Source: Trichosphaerium sp. ATCC 40318
Taxonomy: Eukaryota > Protista > Tubulinea
Assembly: GCA_038496445.1 (NCBI GenBank)
Contig: JALMLS010000355.1
Location: 31,008-95,007, forward strand
DNA length: 64,000 nt
Direction: 5' to 3'
Below are positions 40,750 to 53,485 of the stretch, piece after piece (the stretch's first letter is position 1; the number at the start of each line of letters is the position of its first letter). The position numbers and the translations under genes are program-made. A model generated the notes under the pieces. It was not told the DNA's origin, did not search any database, and saw only the letters and a list, made by a program, of their open reading frames with translations.

Positions 40750-43147
40750 TCAAACAGAAGATATTTCTACTTCCTTGGTTGTTAAAGTATAAGGGAAAAT
40801 GGCTTGTCTCAACTTAGGTACAAAGAATGCAATAATCAGGCCTACAGCAATCTACCATACAAATTTAGTTTGCAAAAAATAAATGAAAACAAGAAAAAGA
40901 AATGATCATTCACATACGAACACAAAAATCCCGGCTATGACACCTAATACCAAACCAACGGGTACTGAACCTGTTTCATTATCACAACTATCAGCTCTTG
41001 ATGTGATAACAATTATGCTAACAAAAGTTAGAGATCAGTGCAAAACTAAAAAGCATACGATGAAAGAGTCCGCTCAATTCTCGCCAATACACATTCTGGT
41101 GAAAGAACTGTAAAAGTACCATTGATACAGTTACTGTTACTTCGTATTACTTCTCTTCTCATCTCACCAACACTTGTTGTGTTATTATCACTTGTGAAGT
41201 CAATGATGAACGTTGTATTTGATGGTATCACAATACATCCTGAAAAGGAAATGAGAATTAACCAATAAACAGACAAATGAAAACTACAACGTCATACCTT
41301 CAACTTGAAGAAAGCCTCCTGGAGCGATTGTTGCTATCTCTGAGTTTACAAAGTCACCATTTATTATCAAAGGACTAGACAACACTATTTCAGGTGGTAG
41401 ACTACCCACTGTTGGTGCGGCTGTAGGTTCGAAAGTTGGTGCAGTTGTAGTGGTTGGTGATGTTGTTGGAGGAATGAAAGTTTTGCCTTCACAAGTAACT
41501 ATTCAACACTGTAAGCAAGCAAATACATAATACTGTACCATTAGTTTGACAATCTACAAAATGTGTGGTGATATCAGAATAGCTGCAGCCACATGTAAGA
41601 TTTGTTGGTGTTGAAGGACAATCAAAAACACCTCCAGTATCTATTTCATAAATTAGTACAATACAATTGCTTGTGCAGTACTATTGTTGAGGCTGTTTTC
41701 GAATGTTGTTGTATTTCTAAACATGACATTTAGTATTCTTACTGTGTTGGAAATAACATATTAGTTAGTGTACCTGATTGTAATGTCCATGGAAGAGCCA
41801 ATCATTGCAGGGGATATTGTAGTTGTTGAATTATTTTGTACTTGTTTTCTAGTAGGAATTAGGTATTTACTAATTAGTTTAGGAGAACGTTACACGCATG
41901 TAATATTCTCAAATACACAAGAATCTATCACTGCTGATCCACCGTTTGATAGACCACGCAAGACCAATGAGCCAACTATAACCAGCAATTAATATGATAC
42001 TTGGCTAGAACATGTGTACCAGTACATCTGTCCTCGATTCTTGGTATTTCTTCTTCCACAGTATTATCAATAAAAGTTGAGTTTATTATCTGTACATCAG
42101 TTGAATTTGCGTATAGTACTGAAACATAGTAATCAAAGTTTGCTATATATAAATGAGAATATAAGTCGACTAAGAGACACATACCACGATCTCTTGCAAG
42201 TACATAATTGTCCTTGAACAAACAAGAATTGATTGTAACCTAAGTAATAAATGCGTGTGAATAAGTTTAGGCTGCTATACAAAGTCACAAAAGTACTCTA
42301 TCAACAGTTCTGAATGTAGCAACAATGCCTATGCTTAAATAGTTACGATCAAACAAAATAAGGGAATCGAATATTACCTCTCCCTGTCATTCTATCGAGA
42401 AGAAGTCCTGCTTTAAAATTATGTTGAAAATGACAATTATTCACAGAAACTGTTTCGACTGTTTCAATCCATAATCCCAAAGGGTCAGCAAATCTTAGTC
42501 GGTCATCGTACAGTTCATGGAAAAGTGAATTGCGAACAGCAGCATTTTGGCTATTTTTCTCATTAAAAGTGACAAAATCGAATAAATCACGTGTACCTGT
42601 CAAATATTTGAATAAAACTCTCTGTGCCTGTAACTACCATATCCCTACACAATCGTCAATAAAAACTACAAACTCTAACGAATGTGAATGTACTCTACGG
42701 TAACATTTGCAAAGTTGTTCAAGCTGATTTTACAACCATCAAACGTAAATCCTGATAATGAGATACTTATGTTTTGATTCCCGTTCACCGTCTGCGTTTG
42801 AAGTGCGCATGAAACATTTATGCCTTTATTTAACGCTAAATAATTTGTTACAAGAACCTTTCAACAGCGTCAACATACCATAAATGTCTATACTTTCGGA
42901 AAATTGAACGAACAGGCTGACAGGAAAAGTTAATCCAGTAGAATTGAGAATAAGCGTGGTTGGTCCTTCGTTCAAGTAGCACGCCATATCAGTGCCACAA
43001 ACATGGTCACTTGAAGTTACGACTAAGATGGTTGGTAAAAATTAATGAAACGTCATATCGCGCTGAACAGGTATTCGTACTTGTGTTACCGTGGGTAGGT
43101 GTGGCAAGAACAAAAAACAAAAAGGCAGTACAGAAATACAAACTCAT
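40750..43147 (-). CDS. Surface protein family copy B
   Basis: Colinear exons with A; leader MSLYFCTAFLFFVLA; tail EVEISSV*. Confidence 0.8.
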
Positions 43148-43329
43148 TACCTACAGCAAGCATAAGTATTATTGGCGCGTAAGAAGGGTTTTTTTTAAGG
43201 TGGGTAGGTGCGGCAAGAACAAAAAAGAAAAAGAAAGTACAGGAATAACGCAAAGTCATTTACTATACCAGGAATAAGCATTATTTGGCGTAATAAAGCG
43301 TTTTTTTAAAAGGTAATCTTTTTTTTTTA

Positions 43330-43345
43330 AAACGCACGTGATGCT
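43330..43345. promoter_or_regulatory. Conserved CACGTG (E-box-like) site upstream of the surface-protein leaders
   Basis: aaacgCACGTGat conserved ~70-80 bp upstream of a leader ATG at 40451, 43335, 47024, 52393, 53411 (inverted) and 61036. Confidence 0.6.
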
Positions 43346-43508
43346 TTCCAAAACTATACCAAAATAAAAAAGGTGTGATACGTTCTCATTAGTTTTGTTG
43401 GACCTCTCATTGTTTTTAACTGCCCAAAGAACCTCGATCACGATACTATCACGCTTTGTGTACAAAAAAGTGGAAACAAGAGCTTGGCAGGCTGAGGACA
43501 TGAGACTT

Positions 43509-43608
43509 CAAGCTAGAATTATGTTTATGGCAGAGATGACTCCTTGAGGTACTTTTGAGACCACCTCCGGAAGTTCAAACGGAGTTTCCACGAGATCGCT
43601 CTATCCAC
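43509..43608 (-). mobile_element. Short remnant of the same non-LTR element as 48730-49630
   Basis: ~100 bp closely matching 49531-49630 (caagctagaattatg...gagtttccacgagatcgctctatccac). Confidence 0.6.
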
Positions 43609-44558
43609 TTAATAAATACGCTTACGCCTAGAGCGTCCTGTACTTGCCAAATAAAAGTAAATTTACAATACACGAAAATCGTTAAGAAAGTTCTTCGCTT
43701 AAAAATTAACACAGCCTTGCGTAAGCAGTATGAACAACAGTTTATTGGTTTGTAAGTAGACACCATGTTAAAACACATTTAGGTGGCTTATTATTCGTTG
43801 CTTTTGGTAAAATACGTCATTAAAGTGCGTGTCAAGGAGTTTAAGAATTGTTTAAAGCTGTTCGTCTTCATTTTGCCACATACACTTATATCGCTTGAAT
43901 CTGTTCATGACGCGTACTAATACGCGTACAGCGTAGCATACATACTCTGGATAGAAGTTGCAACAAGTACAACTAAAATACTACATGTGATGTTCAATTA
44001 TTGTCATCACCCGCAATGTACTACTCACGTGGCATCGACAGTGTTTAGTAAATGTCATTGTACTAAAAAGTAAAGCGTCCAACAAATGGCAGGTAGACTA
44101 TATTTGATTGCTGGTATGGCTAGGTACCATTAGCGTTGTATCTAAAGAGACAAAACACGTGGTCAAGTTTCTTTTTGTGGTTCACTGGTGATTGGGTTTA
44201 ACTCTACTTTCTGTGTTAACTTTTTCATTACATTTGCGTGCACGCGTCCATTCTACATTAAAACTGACCCCACTTGTGTCACTCTTCCATGCTATGTGAT
44301 AAGTTTTGTTGTGGCAAAATTGACAAAAAAATTTGATATAGTTACACGCTTCTTTCATGGGTAGTGGACAAAATCTAATTTTCTGTTGTACAAAAGATAA
44401 AAAATGGGGTATCTGACCACAGAGCGAAAGAATACACCAAGTTTTGACATAGCTTTGACATTTGACAAAATTTTTTGACATTTTACATTGCGGAAAAAAG
44501 TCACTTTAATTTGAATGACAGAAGATCGATTGGGTCGATAAGTATTTTACTGTTAGGT

Positions 44559-46950
44559 TCAAACAGAAGATATTTCTACTTCCTTGGTTGTTAAAGTATA
44601 AGGGAAAATGGCTCGTCTCAACTTAGGTACAAAGAAAGCAATAATCAGGCCTACAGCAATCTACCATACAAATTTAGTTTGCAAAAAATAAATGACAACA
44701 AGAAAAAGAAATGATCATGCACATACGAACACAAAAATCCCGGCTATGACACCTAATACCAAACCAACATTTACTGATGCTCCGCTATCACAACTATCAG
44801 CTCTTGATGTGATAACAATTATGCTAACAAAAGTTAGAGATCAGTGCAAAACTAAAAAGCATACGATGAAAGAGTCCGCTCAATTCTCGCCAATACACAT
44901 TCTGGTGAAAGAACTGTAAAAGTACCATTGATACAGTTACTGTTACTTCGTATTACTTCTCTTCTTGTCTCGCCAACACTTGTTGTGTCATTATCACTTG
45001 TGAAGTCAATGATGAACGTTGTATTCGATGGTATCACAATACATCCTAAACATCAGATTAACCAATAAACGTGTGCTAAATAACTTGTGATACAAGACAT
45101 ACCTTCAACTTGAAGAAAGCCTCCTGGAGCGATTGTTGCTATCTCTGAGTTTACAAAGTCACCATTTATTATCAAAGGACTAGACAACACTATTTCAGGT
45201 GGTAGACTACCAACTGTTGGTGCAGCTGTAGGTGATACAGTTGTCGGTTCAACTGTTGGTGCTGTTGTAGGCGATATTGTAGGAGTGGTAATGAAAGTTT
45301 TGCCTTCGCAAGTAACTATTCAACATTGTAAGCGAGCAAATATAAATAATTTATACCATTAGCTTGACAATCTACAAAATATGTGGTGATATCAGAGTAG
45401 CCACATGTAAGATTTGTTGGTGTTGAAGGACAATCAAAAACGCTTCCAGTATCTATTTGATAAATTAGTACAATACAATTGCTTGTGCATTACTATTGTT
45501 GAGGCTGTTTTCGAATGTTGTTGTATTTCTAAATACGAAATTAAGTATGCTTGACGTGTAACAATAGAGTACCTTATCATAAAGTTCATATCAGAGCCTA
45601 TCAATGCTGGGGATCTTGTAGTTATTGGATTATTTTGTACTTGTTTTCTACGTTGGATCAGTCATCAGTTATTGGCTATTAAATTAAGGAGAACGTTACA
45701 CGCATATAATATTCTCAAATACACAAGAATCTATCACTGCTGATCCACCGTTTGATAGACCACTCAAAACCAATGAGCCAACTAATAGGCAATTAACATG
45801 ATACTTGGCTAGGCGTGCGTACCAGTACATCTGTCATTGATTGGTTTTTCTTCTTCCACAGTATTATCAATGAAAGTTGAGTTTATTATCTGTACATCAG
45901 TTGAATTTGCGTATAGTACTGAAACATAGTATTCAAATTGTGCTATATATAAATGAGAATATATGAGGACTAAGATTCACATACCACCTCTTGCAAGTAC
46001 ATAATTGTCCTTGAACAAACAAGAATTGATTGTAACCTAAATAATAAATGCGTGTGAATAAGTTTAGCTGCTATGCAAAGTCACAAAGTACTCTATCAAC
46101 AGTTCTGAATGTAGCAACAATTCCTATGCTTAAATAGTTACGATCAAACAAAATAACGGGAATCAAATATTACCTCTTCCTGTCATTCTGTGCAGAAGAC
46201 TTCCTCCTTTATAATTATGTTGAAAATGACAATTATTCACAGAAACTGTTTCGACTGTTTCTATCCATAGTCCCAAAGCTTCGGCAAATCTTCCTCTGTC
46301 ATCGTACAGTTCTTGGAAAAGTGAATTGCGAACAGCAGCATTTCGACTATTTTTCTCATTAATTGTGACAAAATCGAATAAATCACGTGTACCTGTCAAA
46401 TATTTGAATAGAACTCTCTGTGCCGGTAACTACCATATTCCTACGCAATTGTCAATTGATCAATAAAACTAGACTTGTAATGTGAATGTACTCTACAGTG
46501 ACATTTGCGAAGTCGCTCAATCTGATTTTACAACCATCAAACGTAAAGCCTGATAATGAGATACTTATGTTTTGAAACCCTATCACCGTTTGCCTTTGAA
46601 GTGCGCATGAAACATTTATGCCTTTATTTAACGCTAAATAATATGTTACAGAAACGTCCAAAAGCGTCAACATACCATAAATGTCTATACTTTCGTTGAG
46701 TTGGGCTTGAAACAAGCCGGCAGAAAAATTTAACCCAGTAGAATTGAGAATAAGCGTGGTTGGTCCTTCGTTCAAGTAGCACCCCATGTCAGTGCCACAA
46801 TCGTGGTCACTTGAAGTTACGACTAAGACATTTGGTAAATATTAATAAAACGTCATATTGCGCTGAATAGGTATTCGTACTTGTGTTACCGTGGGCAGGT
46901 GCGGCAAGAGCAAAAAAGAAAAAGAAAGTACAGAAATAACGCAAAATCAT
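44559..46950 (-). CDS. Surface protein family copy C
   Basis: Colinear exons; leader MILRYFCTFFFFFALA; tail EVEISSV*. Confidence 0.8.
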
Positions 46951-47539
46951 TTACTACAGCAGGAATAAGCATTATTTGGCGTAATGAAGCGTTTTTTAAA
47001 AGGTAATCTTTTTTTTAAAAACGCACGTGATGCTTTCCAAAACTATTATCAAAATAAAAAGTGTGATACGTTCTCATTAGTTTTTGTTGGGCCTCTCATT
47101 GCTTTTAACTGCCCAAAGAACTCTTTATCACGATATCTTGAGTTCACAAATTATATCACGCTATGTAAACAAAGTGAAATAAGAACATGCCGAGGATACA
47201 CGAGAGAAGAAGAAGAAGGGAGTTGATATTTACCCGGGAGACCCATGTTGGCTACCTAAAGAGTCATCTATAAGCAGGGTCGGTACTCCTGCGATAGTGA
47301 AGGTTATGTTATACCATTATCATTATGGTGTATGTAATCAGAGTGAATTTGGTGATTCCCAACGCACGTATTGAGTTGAGACGTGTAGTCCGTTTTCTTC
47401 ACAAAGTGAAGCTAGTTTTTCAATTAGACTTTTGATTTGCTGTTGTCATTTTCCTTTTTTTGACTATTTCCAAGGTTCCTCAAGACCGTATTTTAACACC
47501 TACAATCAAAAACTCAACTGATCATAATCTCACATCTCA

Positions 47540-48300
47540 AAATGTTCCATTGAATATGTTTTAATTGTCTGAAGCTGAAGTTTATTCTGAATTAGCTCAA
47601 AAGAATACTGCTGATAGTGTACTTATGTATTCTATGCGACGGTACTTGGGAATGTAGACAAATTTTAGAAGGCTACCAAGTTATTACCTGATGATGCATC
47701 AAATAAAATCCATATATTTGGTAAATGCTTTCACTGGGGCAGTCGTAGAGATTTAGCTTCACTTGTATCTATACGTAGTCGTTCCAAGGTCCTAAAAAAT
47801 ATTATGACTTTTTTGCTTGATCAAAAAGGTACCACAAGACTCGATGATGTTTATAACAAAAATTGGAGAAATTCTAGTTAAGGAGTGCCTCTGAATTGAC
47901 TGACAACGTCTTGAGAAGCTTAGCACTTGATTTTCGTAACTTTTCAAGCCTTGATCTTGCAAACACAAACACTACGATAAGGCATGTGAAATATTAAATA
48001 CTTTAATGAAGTGTAAATAATACAGTACAGGGCGTAAAGTATCTTGCATAGCCTTTAAAACGAGATTGATGTACATTAACCTCAAAGGTTGCAAGAAACT
48101 TGGGAATCAATCCTTACTTGCTCTTGCATTCAGTTGCCCTAGTTTACTATTCCTTGGCTGTTTAGTCGTATGTCATAGCAACTTACTCACAGATTGTCGC
48201 CTTTTTTAAATAACATATTTTATACAGACGCTACCACTGAGAACTTGGTACTTTGGTGCAGGAATTCGGTGGAGAATTGGTTTTCGTTGATTTATATTAG
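47540..48300 (+). pseudogene. Decayed cysteine-containing LRR (FBXL/AMN1-type) gene fragment
   Basis: DNVLRSLALDFRNFSSLDLANTNT, GVKYLA*, LMYINLKGCKKLGNQSLLALAFSCPSL, with in-frame stops. Confidence 0.55.
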
Positions 48301-48729
48301 CATGAGTGAGGCAAAACACCAGAAAAAGAAGTTATTGTTTAGTTGCACGTTTTGCGAACCAAACATTGTAGATAAGGTTCCTATGAGTGAAAATAGGTAT
48401 CAAAAGCGTTTGTGAGCGTTTTAAGATGTGCATTATCTCTTTTTGAGTAATTACAATAGAATTTCAGTGAAGAGGAACAATGCAACAACTCAAAAAAGAA
48501 GTTCTCGGTTACTAGCATGTTTTTTGAACCAAAACTTTGCTGCTATGGTTTCCAAATGTTCCAATAGCATGCACAAGTCTTTAATAGCGTTTTGATATGT
48601 GCATTATCCATATTTGAGTAATTACAATAGAATTTTCAGTGAAGTGCGCTCTGTATCCCACAATTTATTTCTGAGTAGTTTTTATGGGTATAAAATGAAA
48701 CGAAAATAGTTGGTAAATTGTAGTAGTTG

Positions 48730-49630
48730 CAGTGTGTGCACCACGCGTGGGGCTTCCTAGCCATTTGGTCGAAAATATTTAAGGGAGTCCTCCGTCTAGC
48801 TTAGTGGGTGTATGCATTGCGAGGTGGAGTTGTTAAAGTTCCATCTTAATCCGACGTAGTGTGAAAGCTTGAATCGTTACATTAGCCAGCATGTCCTCGT
48901 AAGTAGCACGTAATTAACTTAGGAACTCGGTCTGGGCCAAGAAAATTATAAGGTCCGATACAGAGGTGAGTTCTGCCGTTAGGGAAAAGCTCTATATAAA
49001 CCTTGACTATCCTACGATCGTTCTTTTTGTTGCTAGGTTATATTATCTTTCTGCTTAATCTAAAACAATTTTTACGATCGTAAAGTGCAACTATTTTGTG
49101 ATACATTGTAAAATTAACTGGAAATGTTTGGTAATTTCTTGATTTATTTATTTGTGCAAGTTCATTTTACAAGTTCTAACTCAATGACTCTTCTTCCTGT
49201 ACATTTCTTAATTAGTTCACGGTCTATTCTTGCGTTTAATAAAACACCGAGTACCAAGACTATATCCTATTGAATGCGACAGCAATATCGAGAATAAAAA
49301 CAATATTAGGATGGCATTAAACTTGAAGTAATTGTCGATTTGATTATTGGAGGAACGAAGCTTATTTTCCTAAAATCTGTCAAAAAACTGTTGTTTAGGG
49401 CGTGATTAAGAGCCCAGTATTCGACTCCCTAACAATTGTTCCCAGTTGAAGACAGAGTCATGCCTTAGAGAAATCTATGTAAATTGCAAAGATATCTTTG
49501 TTGTTTGCTTCAGCATTTTCAATGATACGGCAAGCTAGAATTATGGTTATGGCAGAAATGATTCCTTGAGGTACTTTTGAGACCTCACTTCCGGAGGTTC
49601 TAACTGAGTTTCCACGAGATCGCTCTATCC
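48730..49630 (-). mobile_element. Degenerate non-LTR (LINE-like) retrotransposon, reverse transcriptase region
   Basis: RIIENAEANNKDIFAIYIDFSKA followed by (GCA)TGACTCTGTC, i.e. A(Y)DSV with a 2-nt deletion; downstream VLGVLLN and MHTPTKLDGGL resemble the LINE YLG and P..GGLG motifs. Confidence 0.75.
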
Positions 49631-49914
49631 ACAGCCGAGCTCTTCGCCACTTACCAAATTTTAGCATTAATTCTATTGTTAGTTTATTATGAGGTTTGAA
49701 AAAACGGTTGGATTCGCAACAAATTACCACGTGACAGTGCAAATGTGAGATTTGCAAGTTCTGTCAGCAGTGCCATGTCCGTCAGATTGTCTAAATAGAC
49801 AACACAAAAACCCATTAATTTACAAATACGTTGATCTAGAATTGACAAAAACTTGCAAAAAAAGCCACTTTAAGTTAACTTGAATGATTGATGATAAGTA
49901 TTTTACTGTTAGGT

Positions 49915-52321
49915 TCAAACAGAAGATATTCGTACTTCCTTGGTTGTTAAAGTATAAGGGAAAATGGCTTGTCTCAACTTAGGTACAAAGAATGCAATAA
50001 TCAGACCTACAGCAATCTACCATACAAATTTAGTTTGAGAAAAATAAATGAAAACAAGAAATGTTTTCACATACGAACACAAGAATGCCAAATGTGACAC
50101 CTAACACCATACCAACATTTACTGATGCTGATGCTCCATCATCACAACTATCAGATCTTGATGTGATCACAATTACACTAGCAAAAGTTAGAGATTCAGT
50201 GCAAAGATAAAAGCATACGATGAAAGAGTCTGCTCAATTCTCGCCAATACACATTCTGGTGAAAGAACTGTAAAAGTACCATTGATACAGTTGCTATTGC
50301 TTCGTATTACTTCTCTTCTTGTCTCGCCAACACTTGTTGTGTTATTATCATTTGTGAAGTCAATGATGAACGTTGTATTTGATGGTATCACAATACATCC
50401 TAAATATTGGATTATCCAATAAACGTGTGCTAAATAATTTTTGATACAAGACATACCTTCAACTTGAAGAAAGCCTCCTGGAGTAATTGTTGCTATCTCT
50501 GAGTTTACAAAGTCACCATTTATTATCAAAGGACTAGACAGCACTATTTCAGGTGGTAGACTACCAACTGTAGGTGATACAGTTGTCGGTTCAACTGTTG
50601 GTGCAGTTGTAGGCGATATTGTGGTTGGTGGTATTGTTGGAGGAATGAAAGTTTTGCCTTCGCAAGTAACTATTCAACACTGTAAGCGAGTAAATACATA
50701 ATACTGTGTACCATTAGCTTGACAATCTACAAAATACGTGGTGATATCAGAGTAGCCACATGTAAGATTTGTTGGTGTTGAAGGACAATCAAAAACACCT
50801 CCAGTATCTATTTCATAAATTAGTACAATACAATTGCTTGTGCAGTACTATTGTTGAGGCTGTTTTCGAATGTTGTTGTATTTCTAAACATGACATTTAG
50901 TATTCTTACTGTGTTGTTAGTTAGTGTACCTGATTGTAATGTCCATGGAAGACCCGATCAATGCAGGGGATGTTATAGTTATTGAATTATTTTGTACTTG
51001 TTTTCTAGAAGTCGGAATCAGGTATTTACTATTAAATTTAGGCAGAACGTTACACGCATGTAATATTCTCAAATACACAAGAATCTATCACTGCTGATCC
51101 ACTGTTTGATAGACCACTCAAGACCAATGAGCCAACTATAACCAGCAATTAATATGATATTTGGCTAGGCGTGTGTACCAGTACATCTGTCCTTGATTCT
51201 TGGTATTTCTTCTTCCACAGTATTATCAACAAAAGTTGAGTTCAATATCTGTACATCAATTGAATTTGCGTATAGTACTGAAACATAGTAATCAAAGTTT
51301 GCTATATACAAATGAGAATATATGAGGACTACGATCTGCATACCAGAACCACTTGCAAGTACGTAATTGTCCTTGAACACGCAAGAGTTGATTGTAACCT
51401 AAATAAATGCATGTGTAAATATTTAGCCTATTATACAAAGTCACAAATTACTCTATCAACAGCTCTGAATGTAGCAACAATTCCTATGTTTAAATAGTTA
51501 TGATCAAACAAAATAAGGGAATCAAATATTACCTCTCCCTGTCATTCTATTGAGAAGAACTCCTCCTTTACAATTATGTTGAAAATGACAATTATTCACA
51601 GAAACTGTTTCGACTGTTTCTATCCATAATCCCAAAGGTGCATCAAATCCTCCTGTTTGATCGAACAGTTCATGGAAAAATGAATTGTGAATACCAGCAT
51701 TTTGGCTATATTTCTCATTAACAGCGACAAAATCGAAATAAATCACGTGTACCTGTCAAATATTTGAATAGAACTCTCTGTGCCTGTAACTACCATATTC
51801 CTACGCAATTGTCAATTGATCAATAAACTAGACTTGTAATGAACGTACTCTACAGTGACATTTGCGAACTTGCTCAATCTGATTTTACAACCATCAAACA
51901 TAAACCCTGATAACGAGATGCAAATGTTTTGATTCCCTATCACCGTTTGCCTTTGAAGTGCGCATGAAACATTTATGCCTTTATTTAACGCTAAATAATT
52001 TGTTACAGAAACTTCCAAAAGCGCCAACATACCATAAATGTCTATACTTTCGTTGAGTTGGGCTTGAAACACGACGGCAGAAAAAGTTAATCCAGTAGAA
52101 TTGAGAATAAGCGTGGTTGGTCCTTCGTTCAAGTAGCACTGCATATCAGTGCCACAAACGTGGTCACTTGAAGTTACGACTAAGATATAAACATTAACAT
52201 TAAACAAATGTCATATCGCAATCGCACTATCGCGATGAATAATATTCGTACTTGTGTTACCATTGGTAAGTGCAGCAAGAGCAAAAAAGAAAAAGAAAGT
52301 ACAGAAATAACGCAAAGTCAT
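49915..52321 (-). CDS. Surface protein family copy D
   Basis: Colinear exons; leader MTLRYFCTFFFFFALA; tail EVRISSV*. Confidence 0.8.
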
Positions 52322-52559
52322 TTACTACAGCAGGAATAAGCATTATTTGGCGTAATGAAATTTTTTTCAAGTTTTGCTTTTTTTTTAAAACGCACGTGAT
52401 GCTTTCCAAAACTATACCAAAATAAAAAGGTGTGATATGTTCTCATTAGTTTTGGTTGGGCCTCTCATTGCTTTTACCTGCCAAAGAACCTTGATCACGA
52501 TACTTGAGTGGATAAATTATCACACTTTGTGTAAAAAAGTGAAACAAGGCCGAAGACAT

Positions 52560-52850
52560 GTCTTGAGAGGAGGTGATAGGGAAGAATATTATTATCACCA
52601 GGAAAGGAAAGGAAGATATTTGTCCAGGAGACCCCCCGGTGACTGCCAATGAGTCCATTGCAAGCAATGTTGGGTCTCCTGTGAGAGAGAAGGTGATAAA
52701 AAGAAAGTGATGATATTTACCCAGGAGAACCATGTTGACTACAGAGTCCTCTGCAAGCAGAGTGGGTTCTTCTGCGATATTGAAGGTTATGTTATACCAT
52801 TATCATTATTGGGAATGTAGGGATGGCATATGTAATCAGAGTGAATTTGT
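52560..52850. repeat. Upstream repeat shared with 47220-47350 and internally duplicated here
   Basis: gatattt.cc.ggaga..c..gt.g..t....gagtc..tgcaagca.. occurs twice here and once upstream of copy C, followed by gaaggttatgttataccattatcattat. Confidence 0.6.
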
Positions 52851-53485
52851 TGATTTTTTTAACTTAGTGATCTATACCACTTTTTAGTACTTTCCACGCG
52901 TAGAAATAGCGCACTTGAGGTAAACATTTAAACATAATTTTGTAGTTTGATCAGCCGCTGTATTAAAAAATAGTCTCAGACGTTGTGAGGATGTAAAAAA
53001 ATGGTTTTAGGACAAGTGCTAAGGATGTAATTTGCGCCGTTTTGTCTTACCACAAAAGTTTTTTTATCATACAACTTGTTGAATCTATCCATTGGAATAT
53101 CGCTAGGTGCTACAAACAAAAAGCTCCTCCAAATCCTGATTCACCAAACGCTCGTGAATATACATGAATGAATATTAATGAATATGGCTTACAGACAATG
53201 AACATGAATATTGCTTATTCATAACGGAAGAACATTACTACATACAAAAGATTGTTCACACTTCAAGTTCATATAACATGAATAATTGTACACTCCAGAT
53301 ATCGTGTTAAATGAGTGGTAAAGAGCAAGCAGGCGGTTACCTACAAAATCTTTGACCAATCATTGAGAACAGATCACACTTGCATTTTCAACATAGTTTT
53401 CGGATAGCATCACGTGCGTTAAAAAATACCCCACCTTAAAAAACCCTTCTTTACACGCCAATAATACTTATACTTGCTGTAGTAA

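Noticed and set aside
48410-48645. ~60 bp direct repeat as a target-site duplication
   Set aside because: Too long and degenerate; more likely a local duplication at the end of the decayed LRR gene.
53150-53290. ATGAATA-rich stretch with a small hairpin (ATGAATAttgctTATTCAT) as a MITE or inversion site
   Set aside because: Short and AT-rich, with no terminal repeats or target duplication.
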